DNA of 64,000 nucleotides from Clostridia bacterium (lineage in GTDB: Bacteria > Bacillota > Clostridia > Oscillospirales > CAG-272): contig JAFQRL010000005.1 of assembly GCA_017410065.1 (NCBI GenBank), forward strand, positions 23,536-87,535. The letters are read 5' to 3'. The notes below the pieces were generated by a model. The model had not been told where the DNA came from and ran no database searches. It saw nothing but the letters and a program-made list of their open reading frames with translations. The position numbers were made by a program, and so were the translations under genes. This document shows positions 63,370-64,000 of this stretch, in pieces. How positions within the stretch are numbered: position 1 is the first letter of the stretch; the number at the start of each line of letters is the position of its first letter.

Positions 63370-64000
63370 ATGGAAACAAAAACAAAACGCCCCTTTGGAA
63401 TAAAGGACAAAATAGGATATCTTTTCGGCGACTTCGGAAACGACTTCACCTTTATATTATCCTCTAGCTTTCTTTTAAAATTCTACACAGACGTAATGCA
63501 CGTTTCGGCAGGCATCGTCGGCATCGTTATGATGCTCGCAAGGTTCGTTGACGCCTTCACAGACGTAACGATGGGAAGAATATGCGACCGCCGCAAGCCC
63601 ACCCAAGGCGGCAAATTCAAGCCCTGGCTCCTTCGTATGTGCGGACCCGTCGCGCTCTCCTCCTTCCTTATTTATCAATCCGCCTTTGCCACCTCTCCAC
63701 TTTGGTTCAGAGTTGCCTGGCTCGCCGTCACCTATATCCTTTGGGGCTCGGTGTTCTATACCTCCATCAATATCCCCTACGGCTCAATGGCATCCTCCAT
63801 CTCCCCCGAGCCCGATCACCGTCAGTCCCTCTCCACCTTCCGCTCGATAGGTAGCGTGCTTGCGGGCGTGATAGTCGGCGCGGGAATACCCATCCTCGCA
63901 TACGACACAAGGCTCGTCGACGGCGTGGAAATAGCCGAGCTGAACGGCACAAAATTCACGGTTATCGCAGGCGTCTTCTCAATTCTCGCAATTTTAGCAT
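63370..64000 (+). CDS. GPH-family MFS sugar/glucuronide:cation symporter, truncated by the window end
   Basis: METKTKRPFGIKDKIGYLFGDFGNDF...ARFVDAFTDVTMGRICD...GKFKPW...NIPYGSM; frame stays open to the end of the window. Confidence 0.88.
   Translation, partial: METKTKRPFGIKDKIGYLFGDFGNDFTFILSSSFLLKFYTDVMHVSAGIVGIVMMLARFVDAFTDVTMGRICDRRKPTQGGKFKPWLLRMCGPVALSSFLIYQSAFATSPLWFRVAWLAVTYILWGSVFYTSINIPYGSMASSISPEPDHRQSLSTFRSIGSVLAGVIVGAGIPILAYDTRLVDGVEIAELNGTKFTVIAGVFSILAILA

Noticed and set aside
1-64000. Prophage, IS element, integrase, rRNA or tRNA
   Set aside because: No transposase, recombinase or virion motifs and no tRNA or rRNA signatures were recognised by eye; a tRNAscan or Infernal run would be decisive.

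Overview
This is a 64-kb chromosomal window from a spore-forming Bacillota (Clostridia-like) bacterium; it carries spoVFA/spoVFB and several sigmaA-consensus promoters. Most genes are housekeeping: rimI-tsaD-rex-dnaD-dnaC, a three-gene glycerol-3-phosphate oxidoreductase cluster, an M16 peptidase, guaB, coaD-rsmD-uvrC, HPr, rimM-trmD, a rearranged pyr cluster with no carA, an orphan trpB under a Trp T-box, and glucuronate genes (uxuA, uxuB, a GPH transporter). Interspersed accessory genes are an XRE-AAA-nuclease fusion, an AT-rich repeat-plus-metallophosphoesterase gene, a HipBA-like pair, a SipW/TasA-like operon next to a vWA lipoprotein, and several large secreted proteins. The most unusual signal is non-coding. 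(i) Six arrays consist of variable mini-hairpins, often with GNA/GNRA loops, strung on short constant linkers that share a WTCAY core; three arrays carry a 68-bp module found as four identical copies. (ii) A dispersed ~100-bp stem-loop element shows compensatory base changes, and its loop is either empty or carries one of two hairpin-rich cargo cassettes; two loaded copies form a perfect 138-bp inverted repeat. (iii) A probable in-frame palindromic insertion lies inside rimM. No transposase, integrase, cas gene, rRNA or tRNA was recognised. All product names come from motif recognition by eye; no database searches were run.
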